DNA of 64,000 nt from an uncultured Candidatus Rokubacteria bacterium (GTDB taxonomy: Bacteria > Methylomirabilota > Methylomirabilia > Rokubacteriales > CSP1-6). Shown piece by piece: positions 23,402 through 33,982 of the stretch. The DNA lies in assembly GCA_963758635.1 (NCBI GenBank), contig CAVWWD010000003.1:736001-800000 (forward strand), read 5' to 3'. The stretch's first letter is position 1, and each line of letters starts with the position of its first letter. A program made the position numbers and the translations under genes. Under the pieces are notes generated by a model that did no database searches, was not told the origin of the DNA, and saw nothing but the letters and a program-made list of their open reading frames with translations.

Positions 23402-24718
23402 TCAGCGCGCGGGCGGCCTCACGACGACGGTGCGGAGGATGGGCAGGTAGCGGCGGGCCACGCGCTGGAGGTCGGCGACGGTGACCGCCTTCACGTTGGC
23501 CTCGTAGAGATCGAGGAACTCGTGGCCGACCCCGGCGATCTCGTAGCTCGCCAGGTACCAGGCCTGCCGGGCGTTCGTCCGGCGGTCCATGGCGAGGTTG
23601 CCAAGGAGGTAGGCCTTGGCCACCCGCAGCTCCTCGGCGGAGACCGGCTCGCGCTGGACCCGCTCCAGCTCGCCGCGCAGCGCCTGCTCGGACTTCTCGG
23701 CGTTCTCCGGCCCGGTCCCGATCAGGGCGATGAACGCGCTCCGATCGATGCGGGCGCGGTACGTGGCGCCGGTGGTGTACGCCAGGCCCTGCTTGTCCCG
23801 GAGCTCCGAGAAGAAGCGGCCGGACAGGCCGCCGCCGAGCACGGTCGCCAGCACCTTCACGGCGGCGAAGTCCGGATGCGTCGCGGGCGGGGCGAAGGCG
23901 CCCATCAGGATCTGTGCCTGGGCCCCGGGCACCTCGATGACCTCGCGCGAGGCCTCGAGGGCGGGCGGGGAGGGCGCCGGCACCGCGGGCGCGTAGCCCT
24001 CGGGCATGGAGCCGAACAGCCGCGTGACCTCGGCGAGCACCTCGGGGCCCTTCACCCGGCCGCTGACCGCGATCACCATCCCCCCGGGCACGTAGAACCG
24101 CCGGTACTGTGCCACCAGGGTCTCCCGCGTCATCTTCTCGACGCTGTCCCGGTAGCCCAGCGGGTTCCAGCCATAGGGGTGCGTGCCGAAGAGGAGGCGC
24201 CCGAACGTGTCGGAGCCGGCGTCGGCCGGCTTCTCGCCGCGGTTCCGGATCTGCTTGAGGAGGAAGTCCTTGACCGCCTCCGCGGTGGCCTCGGGGACGG
24301 TCGCGTTGCGCGCGACGTCCGCGATGAGACCGAGCATCTCCGCCCAGTGGCGCGAGAGCGCGGTGCCGGCGATCTCGGCGTAGTCCACGTCGGCGTAGGC
24401 GTCCAGCGAGCCGCCCATGCGCTCCGCCGCCTCGATGATCTCGACCCCGTTCTTCGTGGTCGTGCCGCGGACGAGCATGAGCTGCACGAAGTTGCCGATC
24501 CCCGCGCCGGCTCGCGTCTCCCCGCGCGTGCCCATCCGCGTCATCAGCGAGATGGCCACCACGGGGGCGGTCGGGTTCTCGCGCACGAGCACGGTGAGGC
24601 CGTTCGGGAGCTGCGTGCGCGTGACCGACGGCGCCTTCGCCTGCGCCCCGGCGGACGGCGCCGCGGCGAGCGCGACGACGAGCGCGACCACCAGTCCGAG
24701 CGCGCGTCTCGCGGTCAT
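23402..24718 (-). CDS. M16 family peptidase, non-catalytic partner
   Basis: Signal peptide; M16 fold motifs LPNGLTVLVREN and LRDKQGLAY; HxxEH replaced by NFVQL. Confidence 0.85.
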   Translation of the reverse strand: MTARRALGLVVALVVALAAAPSAGAQAKAPSVTRTQLPNGLTVLVRENPTAPVVAISLMTRMGTRGETRAGAGIGNFVQLMLVRGTTTKNGVEIIEAAERMGGSLDAYADVDYAEIAGTALSRHWAEMLGLIADVARNATVPEATAEAVKDFLLKQIRNRGEKPADAGSDTFGRLLFGTHPYGWNPLGYRDSVEKMTRETLVAQYRRFYVPGGMVIAVSGRVKGPEVLAEVTRLFGSMPEGYAPAVPAPSPPALEASREVIEVPGAQAQILMGAFAPPATHPDFAAVKVLATVLGGGLSGRFFSELRDKQGLAYTTGATYRARIDRSAFIALIGTGPENAEKSEQALRGELERVQREPVSAEELRVAKAYLLGNLAMDRRTNARQAWYLASYEIAGVGHEFLDLYEANVKAVTVADLQRVARRYLPILRTVVVRPPAR

Positions 24719-26088
24719 TTCTTCGGCAGGAACGCGATGCGCGCGTAGGTGGTGGTGGAGAAGTACTTGCGGGCCGCGTCGCGGATCTGCTCGCGGGTCA
24801 CCGCCCGCACCGAGTTCAGGTACCGGAGCTCCTCCTCGACCTTCCACGTGGTCTCGGCGAGCCCCAGCGCGTAGGCGAGCCCTTCGGAGGTCTCGTTCTG
24901 GAAGGCGTGGTCGGACTCCGCGCGGGTGATGGCCAGCGTGCGCTCCTGCTCGGTGATGCCCTCCTCTTGCAGTCGGCGGATCTCCTCGAGGATCCGTGCC
25001 TCGACCTTGGCGAGGTCCCCCGCTTCGAGGTCGCACCGGAGGCTCACGAGGCCTCCCCCGGCGAGGGCCGCGTAGGTCATGTTGATCCCGGAGACGATGC
25101 GCTCCTCGTCGCGGAGCTTCCGGGCCAGGCGCGACGAGTCCGTCGCGGCGAGGACGTTGGTGAGCAGATCCACCGCGAAGCTCTCGGGGTCGTCGGCGCG
25201 GGGCGTCTGCCAGCCGAGCGCGAGGTAGGCCTGCTGCTCGGGCCGCTCCACGTCGCGGCTCACCTTCTGCGCGAGCGGCTTCGGCGCGGCGGGGGGCGCG
25301 GGCGCCAGGCCCTGCGGCTTCACGTTCCCGAACGCGCGCATCACGGTGGCGCGCACCGCCGCCCGATCGACGGGCCCGACCACCACGAGCGACATGTTCT
25401 CCGGCGTGTAGTACTTGCGGTTGAACGCGAGGAGCTTCTCGCGCGTGGCCGCGTTCATGGTGGCGGGCGTGCCGAGCACCGGCCGGCCGTACGGGTTGTC
25501 GCCGAACACCAGCCCGTAGAGCTGTCGCACGATGGCCGTGCGCGGGTTGTCGGCCTCGATCCGCGCCTCCTCGAAGATCACCTCGCGCTCGCGCTTGATC
25601 TCCTCGGGGTCGAACTTGGAGCGGAACGCCATCTCGGCGAGCAGCTCGATCGCGGTGGTCGTCTGATCGGAGGGCACGATGATGTAGTAGTTCGTGTAGT
25701 CGAACGAGGTGACGGCGTTGTTGCGCCCGCCCACGCCCTCGGTGGCCCGGTCGATGTGGCCGGGCCCGAAGCGGTCCGTGCCCTTGAAGAGCATGTGCTC
25801 CTGGAAGTGGGCGTAGCCGAGGCCGTCGGGCTCCTCGAGCCGCACGCCCGTGCCCACCCACATGTACACGGCCACGATGTCCGACGCGCGGTGGTCCTGG
25901 ATGATCAGCCGGAAGCCGTTGGGGAGGACCTCGCGGGAGGCGGCGGGGAGGTCCCCATCCGGCCACGTGAGCGTGGCCGCCCCAGGGCGTCGTGGTGGTG
26001 GTGGCCGGGGGTGGTGGCTGTCGTGGCGCATCCGGCGCCCAGCAGCGGCGAGGACGAGCGCCGCTGCGCGGGCGAATCGGCGAGCCAT
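24715..26088 (-). CDS. M16 family zinc peptidase, catalytic subunit, probably a lipoprotein
   Basis: HFQEHMLFKGT, NAVTSFDYTNY and EREVIFEE; TATAAT 7 nt before the ATG. Confidence 0.9.
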   Translation of the reverse strand: MARRFARAAALVLAAAGRRMRHDSHHPRPPPPRRPGAATLTWPDGDLPAASREVLPNGFRLIIQDHRASDIVAVYMWVGTGVRLEEPDGLGYAHFQEHMLFKGTDRFGPGHIDRATEGVGGRNNAVTSFDYTNYYIIVPSDQTTTAIELLAEMAFRSKFDPEEIKREREVIFEEARIEADNPRTAIVRQLYGLVFGDNPYGRPVLGTPATMNAATREKLLAFNRKYYTPENMSLVVVGPVDRAAVRATVMRAFGNVKPQGLAPAPPAAPKPLAQKVSRDVERPEQQAYLALGWQTPRADDPESFAVDLLTNVLAATDSSRLARKLRDEERIVSGINMTYAALAGGGLVSLRCDLEAGDLAKVEARILEEIRRLQEEGITEQERTLAITRAESDHAFQNETSEGLAYALGLAETTWKVEEELRYLNSVRAVTREQIRDAARKYFSTTTYARIAFLPKK

Positions 26089-26167
26089 GCGCCGGATTAT
26101 ACCCGATGCGGTGTCCGGCCACGCGCCCGATTCCGCGGGCCGCGGCGCGCGCGGCGAAGGTGCCGCG

Positions 26168-26863
26168 TCAGACGGGGACGACGGCGCCGGTGACGGCGCC
26201 CGCCTCGTCCGAGGCGAGGAACCCGATGGCCGCGGCCACCGCATCGGTGGACACCCAGCCCGACCGATCGGCGTCGGGCATGGCCGCGCGGTTGCCGGGC
26301 GTGTCCATGGTGCTCGGGGCCACCGCGTTCACCGTGATGCCGTGGGCGCGGACCTCCTGGGCGAGGGCCTGCGTGAGCGTGATCACCGCGGCCTTGCTCA
26401 CGGTGTAGGCGATGAAGCCGCCGGACGGGGCGAGCACCGCGCGCGAGGCGATGTTCACGATCCGCCCGTAGCGCGCGCCGGTCATCGCGGGGAGCACGCC
26501 ACGGCACGCGACGACGACCGAGGTGAGGTTCAGGTCCATCATCCGCCGCCACTCCGCGACGGAGGTCGAGGCGAGGTCGCCGCCGGCGAAGCCGCCCACG
26601 ATGTTCACCAGGATGTCGAGCCGCCCGTGGCGGTCGAGGACGCCGCGGACGAAGCCGCCGAGGGCCGCCTCGTCGGTCACGTCCACGTGCTCGGCGTGAA
26701 GGCGCGGCAGGTGCTCGGGCGGGACGGCGGCGCGCAGGCGCTCCACCTCGGCGGGGACCACGTAGGGGATGCACACGATGGCGCCGGCGGCGAGGAGCCG
26801 GCGCGACACGGCCTGGCCGAGCGCGCCCGCCCCGCCGGTGAGGACGGCGACGCGGCCCGTCAC
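26168..26863 (-). CDS. SDR family oxidoreductase
   Basis: TGGAGALG, RIVNIAS, YTVSK (YxxxK) and NAVAP. Confidence 0.9.
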   Translation of the reverse strand: MTGRVAVLTGGAGALGQAVSRRLLAAGAIVCIPYVVPAEVERLRAAVPPEHLPRLHAEHVDVTDEAALGGFVRGVLDRHGRLDILVNIVGGFAGGDLASTSVAEWRRMMDLNLTSVVVACRGVLPAMTGARYGRIVNIASRAVLAPSGGFIAYTVSKAAVITLTQALAQEVRAHGITVNAVAPSTMDTPGNRAAMPDADRSGWVSTDAVAAAIGFLASDEAGAVTGAVVPV

Positions 26864-27160
26864 GAGGCGTTCCCGGCCGCCGCGGTGATGGCGGCGGCCA
26901 GCTGGAAGTCCAGCGCGGTGATGCCGCCGGCGTCGTGGGTGTTGAGGCTCACGATCACCCGGTTCCAGCTGTTGCACCAGTCCGGGTGATGCTCGAGGCG
27001 CTCGGCGGCCAGCGCCACGCGGCTCATGAAGCCCCAGGCCTCGCTGAACCCGGGGAAGGTGAACTCGCGATGCAGGGAGCCGTCCTGGAGGCTCCAGCCG
27101 GGCAGCGCGGGTGAGGCGATCGGCGATCTCGGCGTCGGAGAGCTTGGCGGGACGGGCCAC
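26860..27160 (-). CDS. Pterin-4a-carbinolamine dehydratase; frameshift ~27110
   Basis: Joined translation LPGWSL...HREFTFPGFSEAWGFMSRVAL.AERLEHHPDW.N.WNRV...THDAGGITALDF. Confidence 0.88.
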
Positions 27161-27166
27161 GACCGT

Positions 27167-28078
27167 TCAGTCCGCGGCGCGGCGCGGCCATGAGGCCGGC
27201 GCGCTGGATGTCCTCGTAGCGCACGCCGCCCACGTCGAACGCCTCGACGTTGGCCCGGAGCTTCTTGAAGGTCTGCTCGAAGCCCGGCAGCGTCTTGCGC
27301 TGGCGGGTGAGCGGGGTCGTGCGCGCGAGCACGTAGTTCTTCACGTAGGGATGCCGGATGCCGCGCTTCTTCAGCTTGTCCACCGCCCTGGCGAGGGCCT
27401 CGTCGGCCTCCGACACCATCTGGGCTCGCTCCTCGCGCTCCCCCAGCGTGTCGCGGAAGCGTCCCTTCAGGAACTTGTCGACGCGGCGCAGGATCGGCGC
27501 GAAGGCGCCGCCCGAGAAGCGCTTGTTCCCCTCGTAGAGGACGCCCAGCGTGATGAAGTGCGGCGCCTCGAACTGGAAGGCGTAGTCCTCCTCGCCGCTC
27601 GTCGGCTCGTCGACGGCGAGGCCGCGGTACATGCGGATCACCTCGAGCGACTTCTCCTTGAGGTTGTGGGCCTTCTCGGTGTTCAGCGCGAGGATCTGGA
27701 ACGCCACCTCGGGCTCGGGCACCAGGATCGCGGGCACGTACTTGGCCTTGAGCTTCTCGAGCGCCACGCGGCGGTGGTTGCCGTTCGGCGTCCAGTACAC
27801 GCCGGGGCGGGGGACATGGCGACGATCGGATCGACGAACCGATCGATCTTCTTCACCATTTCCTGGAGGCGCTTGGCGTGGGTGGGCGAGAGGTCGCGCT
27901 GGTACGGCGTCGGCTCGACCTTGGCCATGGGCAGGAGGCAGAACACGTGCCAGTGACGGCCCACGGGATCGCGGTAGATCGCGAGCGCCTGTCCGCCGTC
28001 CTCGACCACGCGCTCGGCCAGCGCCGTCACCGCCCGCGGCGGCTCTTCGTCCGGATACATTGTCCAGCGTGCTGACAT
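27167..28078 (-). CDS. ParB/sulfiredoxin N-terminal domain protein; frameshifts ~27810 and ~27180
   Basis: PTPYQRDLS..H.KRL, FVDPIVA, YWTPNGNHRR and LALNTEKAHNLKEK. Confidence 0.75.
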
Positions 28079-28093
28079 CGAGCCTCCCCCAGA

Positions 28094-29109
28094 TTATGCC
28101 CGACCCGCGCCGCCCGCCACGGCCGCCGCGCTCGCCCCCCGCGTCGCCCACCGCCGCACCGCATCCCGCAGGCTCCCGTAGATCCCGGCGGGCAGGAAGA
28201 TGATGCAGAGGATCAGCACGAGCCCGTAGATCGTCTCCGCCATGCCGACCAGCTTGATGCCGAAGGCGATGCGCAGGGACTCGGCCAGCGCCACCGTGAG
28301 CGCGGTGCCCACCGTGGGGCCGAGCAGGGTGTACATGCCGCCGAGCACGACGGCGAACACGATGCGCAGCGAGACGCCGATCCCGGCCAGCGTCTCGGGG
28401 TTCACGTAGGTGAAGTACTGGGCGTAGAGGACGCCGCCCACCGCGGTCAGAGCGGCCGAGAGCACGGTGATGCCGAGCTTCACCCGCGTCACGCGGATGC
28501 CCACCGAGGCGGCCGCCGCCTCGTCCTCGCCGATGGCCTCCAGCGCCGAGCGCGCCATGCTCCGGTCCACCCGATGCCAGACGTAGAGCCCGACGAGCCA
28601 CACCGCCACCGACACGTAGTAGAAGACGCGCTTGTCGGTGAACTGGATGCGCCCACACGCTCGCCTCCGCGCCCGACGGCTTCACGGTGAGCCCGAGCGA
28701 CCCGCCCGTCCAGTCCCGCTCCGCGATGATGAGCAGCCGGATGACCTCGCCCACCGCCAGCGTGACGAGCCCGAAGTAGTGGCCCACCACCTGGAAGCGG
28801 AAGCACGGGTAGCCGAGGACGAGGGCGAGGAGCACCGCGCCGGCCACCGCCCCCACCACGCCGAGCCACGGCGTCACGCCGAAGAAGTTCCAGAGGAGCG
28901 TGGTCGTGTACGCGCCGATGCCGAGGAAGGCGCCGTGTCCGAGCGAGACCAGCGAGAAGCGGCCCATGAGCGAGAAGGCGCCGCCGATGAACGACCAGAT
29001 GAAGATCTGCACGAGCACGTGGAGGACGTACTGCTGGCCGGCGCCGAGGGGCACGAAGGGGGCGAGGGCGATCGAGCGCGAGCAGGGCGCCGCCGAGGAT
29101 GCGTCGCAT
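28094..29109 (-). CDS. Branched-chain amino-acid ABC permease (LivM-like); frameshifts ~29072 and ~28652
   Basis: SLGHGAFLGIGAY, GHYFGLVTLA, AIGEDE.AA.SVGI and VLGG..T..GP. Confidence 0.85.
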
Positions 29110-29115
29110 CGCGGA

Positions 29116-29982
29116 TCAGTCCCGGCGCGCCAGGATGCCGCCGGGGCGGGCGAACATCATGACGATGAAGAGCAGGAAGGCGATGACGTAGCCCATCTCC
29201 GTCGACGTGACGACCCCGCCGATCGAGATGATCTCGCTCATGATGAACGAGGCCACGAACGCCCCCACCATGTTCCCCAGGCCGCCGAGCACGCAGATCA
29301 TGAACGTGAGCGGCCCGAAGGCGGCGCCGAAGAAGGGATGCACCGAGTACTGGATGATGAGCAGCGCGCCGGCGAGCCCGGCCATGGCCCCGCCGACCGC
29401 GGAGGTGACCACGTACACGCGCTGGGGGTTGGCGCCCATGAGCCGCATGGCGTCGCGGTCCTGGGCCACGGCGCGGATGGCGGTGCCGATGAAGGTGCGG
29501 GTCAGGAACAGGTAGAGGCCGACCATGGCCAGGATGGCCACGCCGAAGGCGATGAGCCGGGCGAAGGAGAGGAAGATCCCCGCGATCTCGATGGTGGGCA
29601 GGTCGAGCCGCACCGTGCGGTGGTCGGTGGTCCAGAGGAACGTGGCGAACGACTGCAGGAAGAAGAGGAGGCCGCCGGTGGCGAGGAGCTGGTTCACGGG
29701 CGCGCTCGTGAGGATGGGCGAGATGATCAGGAGGTGCACGGCGACGCCGAGGAGGGCGCCGAGCCCGATCGACGCGATGCCGGCCAGCCAGATCGGCCAC
29801 CCGTAGCCGGTCACCAGGAAGTAGACCCCGTACATGCACAGCATGACGAGGTCCACGTAGACGATCCAGACGATGTCGAGCACGCCGAAGATGAGGTTCA
29901 GCCCGAGCGCGAGGAGCGCGAGGACGCCGCCGAGCAGGATGCCGTTGAGCGCGGCCTCGAGGAGGAAGATGGGGTCGATCAC
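29116..29982 (-). CDS. Branched-chain amino-acid ABC permease (LivH-like)
   Basis: ALLALGLNLIFGV, GTAIRAVAQD and VLGGLGN. Confidence 0.92.
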   Translation of the reverse strand: MIDPIFLLEAALNGILLGGVLALLALGLNLIFGVLDIVWIVYVDLVMLCMYGVYFLVTGYGWPIWLAGIASIGLGALLGVAVHLLIISPILTSAPVNQLLATGGLLFFLQSFATFLWTTDHRTVRLDLPTIEIAGIFLSFARLIAFGVAILAMVGLYLFLTRTFIGTAIRAVAQDRDAMRLMGANPQRVYVVTSAVGGAMAGLAGALLIIQYSVHPFFGAAFGPLTFMICVLGGLGNMVGAFVASFIMSEIISIGGVVTSTEMGYVIAFLLFIVMMFARPGGILARRD

Positions 29983-30068
29983 GGCGGGTCGTCGAGGAGG
30001 CGCTCAGGCGAGGGGACGCTCATGGGGCTCTCATGCGTTTGGACATATCGTCGCTCGCCACGGCTCAC

Positions 30069-30791
30069 TCACAGACCCACATAGGCTTTGCGGACGAAGT
30101 CCTGCTCGGCGAGGTCGGCGGCGCGGCCTTCCATCTTGATGCGGCCCACCTCGAGGAGGTAGGCGCGGTCCACGAGCTTGAGGACCTGGCGCACGTTCTG
30201 CTCGACCACGAGGATCGTGTAGCCCTCCTCCCGCACGCGCCGGATGAGGTCGAAGAGCCGCAGGACCATGACCGGCGCCAGGCCCATCGACGGCTCGTCG
30301 AGCAGGATGAGCTTGGGCCGCGACATGAGGGCCCGCCCGATGGCGAGCATCTGCTGCTCGCCGCCGGACAGGCTGCCCGCGCGCTGCTTCTGCCGCTCGG
30401 CGAGCACGGGGAAGAGCGTGTAGACCCGCTCCAGGCTCTCCCGGTACGCGCGCCGCGCCGAGGGCAGGAAGGCGCCCATGCGGAGGTTGTCGGCCACGGA
30501 GAGCAGCGGGAAGATGCGCCGGCCCTCGGGCACGTGCGCCACGCCGTGGGCCACGATGTCGTGGGCGGGCGTGCCGGCGAGCGACGCGCCCTCGAACCGG
30601 AGCTCGCCCGACCGCGGCGTGACGAGCCCGGAGATGACCCGCATCAGCGTGGTCTTCCCCGCGCCGTTGGGCCCGACCACGGCCACCGCCTCGCCCGCCG
30701 TCACCTGGAGGTCCACGTCCCAGAGCGCGGTGAACTGGTCGTAGCCGGCGGTGACCCGGGAGAGCGCGAGCATCGGGGCGGGCGCGCTCAC
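30069..30791 (-). CDS. Branched-chain amino-acid ABC ATPase (LivF-like)
   Basis: GPNGAGKTT, VPEGRRIF, LSGGEQQM and LLDEPSMGLAP. Confidence 0.93.
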   Translation of the reverse strand: MSAPAPMLALSRVTAGYDQFTALWDVDLQVTAGEAVAVVGPNGAGKTTLMRVISGLVTPRSGELRFEGASLAGTPAHDIVAHGVAHVPEGRRIFPLLSVADNLRMGAFLPSARRAYRESLERVYTLFPVLAERQKQRAGSLSGGEQQMLAIGRALMSRPKLILLDEPSMGLAPVMVLRLFDLIRRVREEGYTILVVEQNVRQVLKLVDRAYLLEVGRIKMEGRAADLAEQDFVRKAYVGL

Positions 30792-31519
30792 GCGAGAACG
30801 ATCTTCTCGCCGAGGTACGCCTCGACGACGCGCGGGTCCTCGGCCACCTCGAGCGGCCGCCCCTCGGCGATCTTCTCGCCGTGGTCGAGCACCACCACGC
30901 GGTCCACCACGCGCATGAGGGTGGCCATGATGTGCTCGACCCACACGATCGTGATGCCGAGCTCGGCCCGGATCCGCTTGAGCATCTCGGCCGCGCCCGC
31001 CATCTCGCCCGGGTCGAGCCCGCCGAGGCTCTCGTCGGCGAGGAGCAGCGTGGGGCCGGTGGCGAGCGCGCGCGCCAGCTCGAGCTTCTTGAGCCCGCCC
31101 GCGCCGAGGAGCGCCGTCGACGCCTCGGGATCCGCCGGGAGCCCCACGAGCTCGAGCACCTCGCGCGCGCGGGCGCGGGCCGCCGCTTCCGTGGTGCCCG
31201 TGTTGGAGCCGTAGTGGGCGGCCACGGCGACGTTCTCGAGGATGGTCAGCTTCCGGAACGGGCGGGGGATCTGGAACGTGCGGGCGATGCCGCGGTGGCA
31301 GACCTTGTCGGGCGTGAGGCCCGCGATCTCCTCGCCGCGGAAGCGGATGCTCCCCGCGCTGGGCGCGAGCGCGCCGGAGGCGCAGTTGAACAGCGTGGTC
31401 TTCCCCGACCCGTTCGGGCCGATGAGGCCGAGGATCTCGCCCTCCTGCACCTCGAAGGACACCTGCTGCAGCGCGGTGAACCCGCCGAACCGCTTGGTGA
31501 GCCCGGACACGTTGAGCAC
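30788..31519 (-). CDS. Branched-chain amino-acid ABC ATPase (LivG-like); start approximate
   Basis: KRFGG, GPNGSGKTT, RTFQ and C-terminal VVEAYLG. Confidence 0.9.
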   Translation of the reverse strand: MLNVSGLTKRFGGFTALQQVSFEVQEGEILGLIGPNGSGKTTLFNCASGALAPSAGSIRFRGEEIAGLTPDKVCHRGIARTFQIPRPFRKLTILENVAVAAHYGSNTGTTEAAARARAREVLELVGLPADPEASTALLGAGGLKKLELARALATGPTLLLADESLGGLDPGEMAGAAEMLKRIRAELGITIVWVEHIMATLMRVVDRVVVLDHGEKIAEGRPLEVAEDPRVVEAYLGEKIVLA

Positions 31520-31592
31520 GGGGGAGGACGTGGCGCCGGGGCGGCGTGCAACCGCCCCGGCGCCGGATCGTTTCAGGCAATCGCGCGAATGC

Positions 31593-32924
31593 CTAGCCGC
31601 GCGCCGCCCACGGCGAGGACGCGGGCAGAGGCAGGATGGGCCCGGACGTCGAGACGGCCTTGGGGAACACCACCTCGAAGCGTCCCTCGTGGATCTGGAA
31701 CACCACGGGGAAGGCGCGCTCGTTCTGGCCCCGCATCGGGTTGCCCTCACCGAGGAACTTCACGCCGTAGCCCATCATGGTGCCGCCGTCGGGGATGTCG
31801 GTCTCCCGGGCGGCGCGCGCGAGGGCGTCGGGCCCGATCCCGCCGTGCTTGAGGATGGCCCGCGGCACCACGTCGTTCAGGAGGATCCACAGGTTGTTGA
31901 AGCCCATCGACACGTGGGGCGCGATGGCGCGCGCCTGCATGTTGGGCTCGAACTCCTTCTGGTAGCGCCGCACCATCTCCGCGGTGAGGTCGCCGATGCC
32001 CGGCTTGAGCTTCTTCGCGTCGAGGAGCTGGGAGGCGACGGGGTCGACGCTGTGGAACGCCTCCATGTCGTTGCCGAAGCTCTCCTTGAGCTTGTCGATC
32101 TGGCTGTGGCCGGCGCCGTGTCCGAGGTAGGCGCGCACGCGCAGCCCCTGCTCCTTGGCCTGGCGCAGGAAGAGCGCGATGTCCGGGTTGTAGCCGGTGT
32201 GGAACAGCACGTCCGGCCGCCCCGCGCGGAGCTTGGTCACCAGCGAGGACAGGTCGGGCGCCTGGATCGAGTAGCCTTCCTTCAGCACGACCTGCATGCC
32301 CTGCTTCTTGGCCTCGGCCTCGTTGGCCGCGGCGACGCCGGCGCCGTAGGGGCCGTCCTCGTAGATGATGGCCACGCGCAGGTCCTTGGGCGCGCGCCCG
32401 AGCTTGTCCTGCGCGAAGGCGCCGATGTACTGCACGGAGATGGCGCCGAAGAGCCCGCCGTTGGGCTGCGGGCGGAACGTGTACTGGAGGTTCCGATCCT
32501 TGAACACCGCGTCGGAGATCGCGGTGGTGATCCAGAGGAACCGCTTCTGCTTGTCCACCTTCTCGGCGAGGGGGACGGCGTGCGCGCTCGAGTAGACGCC
32601 GGCGAGCACGTCGACCTTCTCCACGCTCAGGAGGCGCTCCGCCTCGTTGATCGCGACCTCGGCCTTCGACTGGCTGTCGCCGTCGAGCCGGACGAGCTTG
32701 TGCTTGCCGAGCACGCCGCCCTTCTCGTTGACGTAGTCGATGATCATCTTGGCGCCGCGCCAGCAGTTGAGGGACCCCGCGGCGGAGAACGGCCCGCTCT
32801 GGTCGAACAGCAGCCCGATCTTGATCGTCTGCGCGCCCTGCGCAGACGCCCGCAGGACCCACGGTCCGACCGCGGCGCCCGCGGCCGCCCCGCCCAGGAA
32901 CGCTCGACGCGTGAGATGGCTCAT
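31593..32924 (-). CDS. Branched-chain amino-acid-type ABC substrate-binding protein with a Tat signal
   Basis: MSHLTRRAFLGG twin-arginine motif; IKIGLL; Peripla_BP_6-like; GAGGAGG RBS. Confidence 0.9.
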   Translation of the reverse strand: MSHLTRRAFLGGAAAGAAVGPWVLRASAQGAQTIKIGLLFDQSGPFSAAGSLNCWRGAKMIIDYVNEKGGVLGKHKLVRLDGDSQSKAEVAINEAERLLSVEKVDVLAGVYSSAHAVPLAEKVDKQKRFLWITTAISDAVFKDRNLQYTFRPQPNGGLFGAISVQYIGAFAQDKLGRAPKDLRVAIIYEDGPYGAGVAAANEAEAKKQGMQVVLKEGYSIQAPDLSSLVTKLRAGRPDVLFHTGYNPDIALFLRQAKEQGLRVRAYLGHGAGHSQIDKLKESFGNDMEAFHSVDPVASQLLDAKKLKPGIGDLTAEMVRRYQKEFEPNMQARAIAPHVSMGFNNLWILLNDVVPRAILKHGGIGPDALARAARETDIPDGGTMMGYGVKFLGEGNPMRGQNERAFPVVFQIHEGRFEVVFPKAVSTSGPILPLPASSPWAARG

Positions 32925-33063
32925 TCGTGTGTCCTCCTCGACACTCTCCCGGTTGCCCGATGAGGGATGGCGCGCTCCGCCCGCGGGAGCGCGCGTGATC
33001 GGGCAGGAGAGTAACACCAAGCGCGGATGCCGGCAAACGGCCGCCATCCGCTTACACTGTGGC

Positions 33064-33918
33064 GTGCCCGGCTCCGCCCTCGCCCTCGTCCTCGGCGCCG
33101 CCCTCATCCACGCCGCGTGGAACGCGCTCGCCAAGCGCGCCCAGGACCAGCTCGTGTTCCTGTGGTCGTCGGTCTCGCTCGCCACCGTGGCGCTGGCGCC
33201 GGTCGGCTTCGCCCTGCTCCCGGCCGAGGGCGTCTCCGCCGCCGCGCTCCCCTATCTCGCGGCCACCATCGCCATCCACGCTGTCTACTTCTACGCGCTG
33301 AGCCGCGCCTACGGCGCCGGCGACTTCTCGCTCGTCTACCCCATCGCGCGCGGGCTCGGCGTGGCCCTCGTTCCCGTCGTGGCGTGGGCGCTCCTGGACG
33401 AGCGGCTCTCGACGCTCGGCTCGGTGGGCGTCGCGCTCGTCGTGGCCGGCATCGCGGCGATCGGCGCCGGCCCCGTGGCGCCGGCGGCCCGCGGCCGCCT
33501 CGTCGGCGCGGGCACGGGGTGGGCCCTCGTGACCGGGCTCAGCATCGCCGGCTACTCGGTGGTCGACAAGGTCGGGGTCGGGCGCCTGCACCCGGTGCCC
33601 TACATCGCCATCATGGGCGTGGGGATGAGCCTGCTCCTCGCGCCGGCGGTGTGGAGCCGCCGCGCCGCGCTCGCCGCGGAGTGGCGCGCGAACTGGCGCG
33701 GCGTCGTCGCCGCGTCCACGCTGAACCTCACCAGCTACCTGCTCGTGCTCTTCGCGTTCCGGCTCTCGAAGGCGGGCTACGTCGTGGCGGCGCGGGAGAT
33801 GTCGATCGTCCTCTCGGTGCTGATCGGCCGTCTGTGGCTCGGCGAGGCCCAGACGCGCTCGCGCCTCGCCGCCGCCGCCGTCATCCTGGCCGGCGTCGCC
33901 TGCGTCGCCCTCGCCTGA
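33064..33918 (+). CDS. EamA/DMT family transporter
   Basis: HAAWN, GDFSLVYPIARG, VVAARE and ten TM segments. Confidence 0.9.
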   Translation: MPGSALALVLGAALIHAAWNALAKRAQDQLVFLWSSVSLATVALAPVGFALLPAEGVSAAALPYLAATIAIHAVYFYALSRAYGAGDFSLVYPIARGLGVALVPVVAWALLDERLSTLGSVGVALVVAGIAAIGAGPVAPAARGRLVGAGTGWALVTGLSIAGYSVVDKVGVGRLHPVPYIAIMGVGMSLLLAPAVWSRRAALAAEWRANWRGVVAASTLNLTSYLLVLFAFRLSKAGYVVAAREMSIVLSVLIGRLWLGEAQTRSRLAAAAVILAGVACVALA

Positions 33919-33919
33919 T

Positions 33920-33982
33920 TTGATCGTGATCGGGGGGAGCGATTGATCGTCATCGGGGGGAGCGACCGCCGCTCCCCCCGAT
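33920..33982. repeat. 23-bp tandem duplication plus a 13-bp-stem hairpin between convergent genes (terminator/REP-like)
   Basis: ttgatcgt(g/c)atcggggggagcga x2; atcggggggagcg-accgc-cgctccccccgat. Confidence 0.7.

Noticed and set aside
26168..27160. PCD-SDR fusion suggested by the 330-aa ORF
   Set aside because: Produced by a frameshift at ~27110; PCD ends with a TGA overlapping the SDR GTG
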